This document shows positions 63,001 through 64,000 of a stretch of DNA of 64,000 nucleotides, piece by piece. Source of the stretch: Phaeosaccion multiseriatum. Lineage: Eukaryota > Protista > Ochrophyta, other classes. The position numbers and the translations under genes are program-made. The number at the start of each line of letters is the position of its first letter. Positions within the stretch are counted from its first letter, which is position 1. Where the stretch lies: the NCBI GenBank assembly GCA_965112735.1, contig OZ218951.1, positions 62,001 through 126,000 on the forward strand, written 5' to 3'. Below the pieces are notes generated by a model. That model searched no databases. It was not told the DNA's origin and saw only the letters and a program-made list of their open reading frames with translations.

Positions 63001-64000
63001 CTACCCTGGGGCCTCACACACCGCTCAACACACACACACACACACACACACTCCACACAACACACAACACAAAAGGTGATCGAGATGGCTCTCGAGGCGG
63101 CGTGGGACGGCGTTGACGCGGTGTACCTCTCCTTCGATATCGACAGCTTGGACGCAGGGTGAGTGAGCTCTTCTTGCCTCCCTCTGTCTCTTCTGTGTCC
63201 CGTGCCCTGTCTGGGGACGACGCTGCCCTTGCTCCTCGCTCCTCTCACACCACACGCATCCCGTCCCCTGCCACCCCCTGCCACCCTCTGCCACCCCCTG
63301 CCACCCCCTGCCACCCCCTGCCATCCCCTGCCACCCCCTGCCATCCCCTGCCACCCCCTGCCATCCCCTGCCACCCTCTGCCATCCCCTGCCACCCCCTG
63401 CCATCCCCTGCCACCCCCTGCCACCCCCTGCCATCCCCTGCCATCCCCTGCCATCCCCTGCCATCCCCTGTCATGGACGACCACAGTTTCGTGCCCGGCA
63501 CCGGCTGGCCAGAGCCTGGGGGCTTGATGCCGAGAGAGGCGCACAAGATCGTCGGAGGAGTGGCCAAGGAAGGTGAGAGGGTCAGACAGTCACAGGAGTG
63601 CCCCAAGGAGGATGGGAGGAGAGGAAAGAGAGGGTGGAGGGGGACGGCGGTTTGAGACGACGAGATCGATATCGCTAGGCTTGTGTCTCATGTGACGGTG
63701 CCGCCTGCGGCCTCCGCCGTGCTTCTCTGATGCCCCCCCCTTTCCCTTCCTCCCCAGGCCTGTGCGGCATGGAGCTTGTGGAGGTGTCTCCCCCCTACGA
63801 CGTGGCTGACACCACCTCGCTGCAGGTAAGTGAAGTGGGGAGAAAGGGGGATGAGTAAGTCAGTGAGGAGAAGGTGACAATCCATGTAAGCCAAGCGCCC
63901 TTCCTCACTGTGCATGCACCACTGCTGCATCCCCCCTGCTGCATCCACCCTGCTGCATCCACCTAGGGCCTGCGAGTTATCGTGGAGACGATGGGGGCTC
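60019..64000 (+). CDS. gdmH: Guanidine hydrolase (GdmH/Sll1077-like, arginase/ureohydrolase family) with a putative mitochondrial presequence; 13 or more exons, 3' end beyond the window
   Basis: Exons 60019-60131, 60234-60301, 60411-60474, 60690-60805, 60933-61019, 61511-61664, 61834-61879, 62085-62234, 62662-62748, 63076-63158, 63487-63572, 63758-63825 and 63967 onward. They give IEDRTIPTFSRGELPHFAGINTFMKAP, GCTYRAGTRFGPQGIRRISALY, GGDHS, DRHAD, DERMHT, GIGGWQVPR, SFDID, FVPGTGWPEPGG and VEVSPPYD. Confidence 0.9.
63264..63470. repeat. 10-bp minisatellite CCA(C/T)CCCCTG, ~20 copies, inside gdmH intron 10
   Basis: Seen directly. Confidence 0.95.

Noticed and set aside
60019-64000. Default annotation as agmatinase (speB) or arginase
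   Set aside because: The N-terminal extension and the DERMH and GTGWPEPGG motifs fit the GdmH clade better.

Overview
GC-rich, intron-rich eukaryotic DNA (GT-AG introns with microsatellite-laden interiors); gene content suggests a photosynthetic stramenopile, which is inference only. Left third (1-23.2 kb): three ~8 kb tandem copies of a minus-strand gene for a secreted or membrane-anchored mucin-like protein, built from Cys-rich domains and Pro/Thr repeats. The copies differ in domain number and linker structure, and the leftmost has lost its TM anchor. Each duplication unit also carries the 3' end of a neighbouring plus-strand gene. Middle (23-41 kb): a coiled-coil protein, an SLC25 mitochondrial carrier, an Mpv17/PMP22 protein and a large ankyrin+TPR protein. 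An accessory island (41-53.7 kb) holds an ankyrin pseudogene, a gene fusing a UDG-superfamily-like domain to 12 C3H zinc fingers, a nearly identical 0.5 kb copy of part of the downstream guanidine hydrolase gene, and an intron-containing Crypton-like tyrosine-recombinase element with 339-bp tandem repeats. Right end (54-64 kb): an SLC5A7/CHT1-like sodium:solute symporter lies directly upstream of a GdmH-type (Sll1077-like) guanidine hydrolase that has a mitochondrial-type presequence. This pair is the best candidate for a new system here, a eukaryotic guanidine uptake and catabolism cluster, with possible cis-regulatory elements in its promoter and introns. All gene models were spliced by eye; no searches were run.
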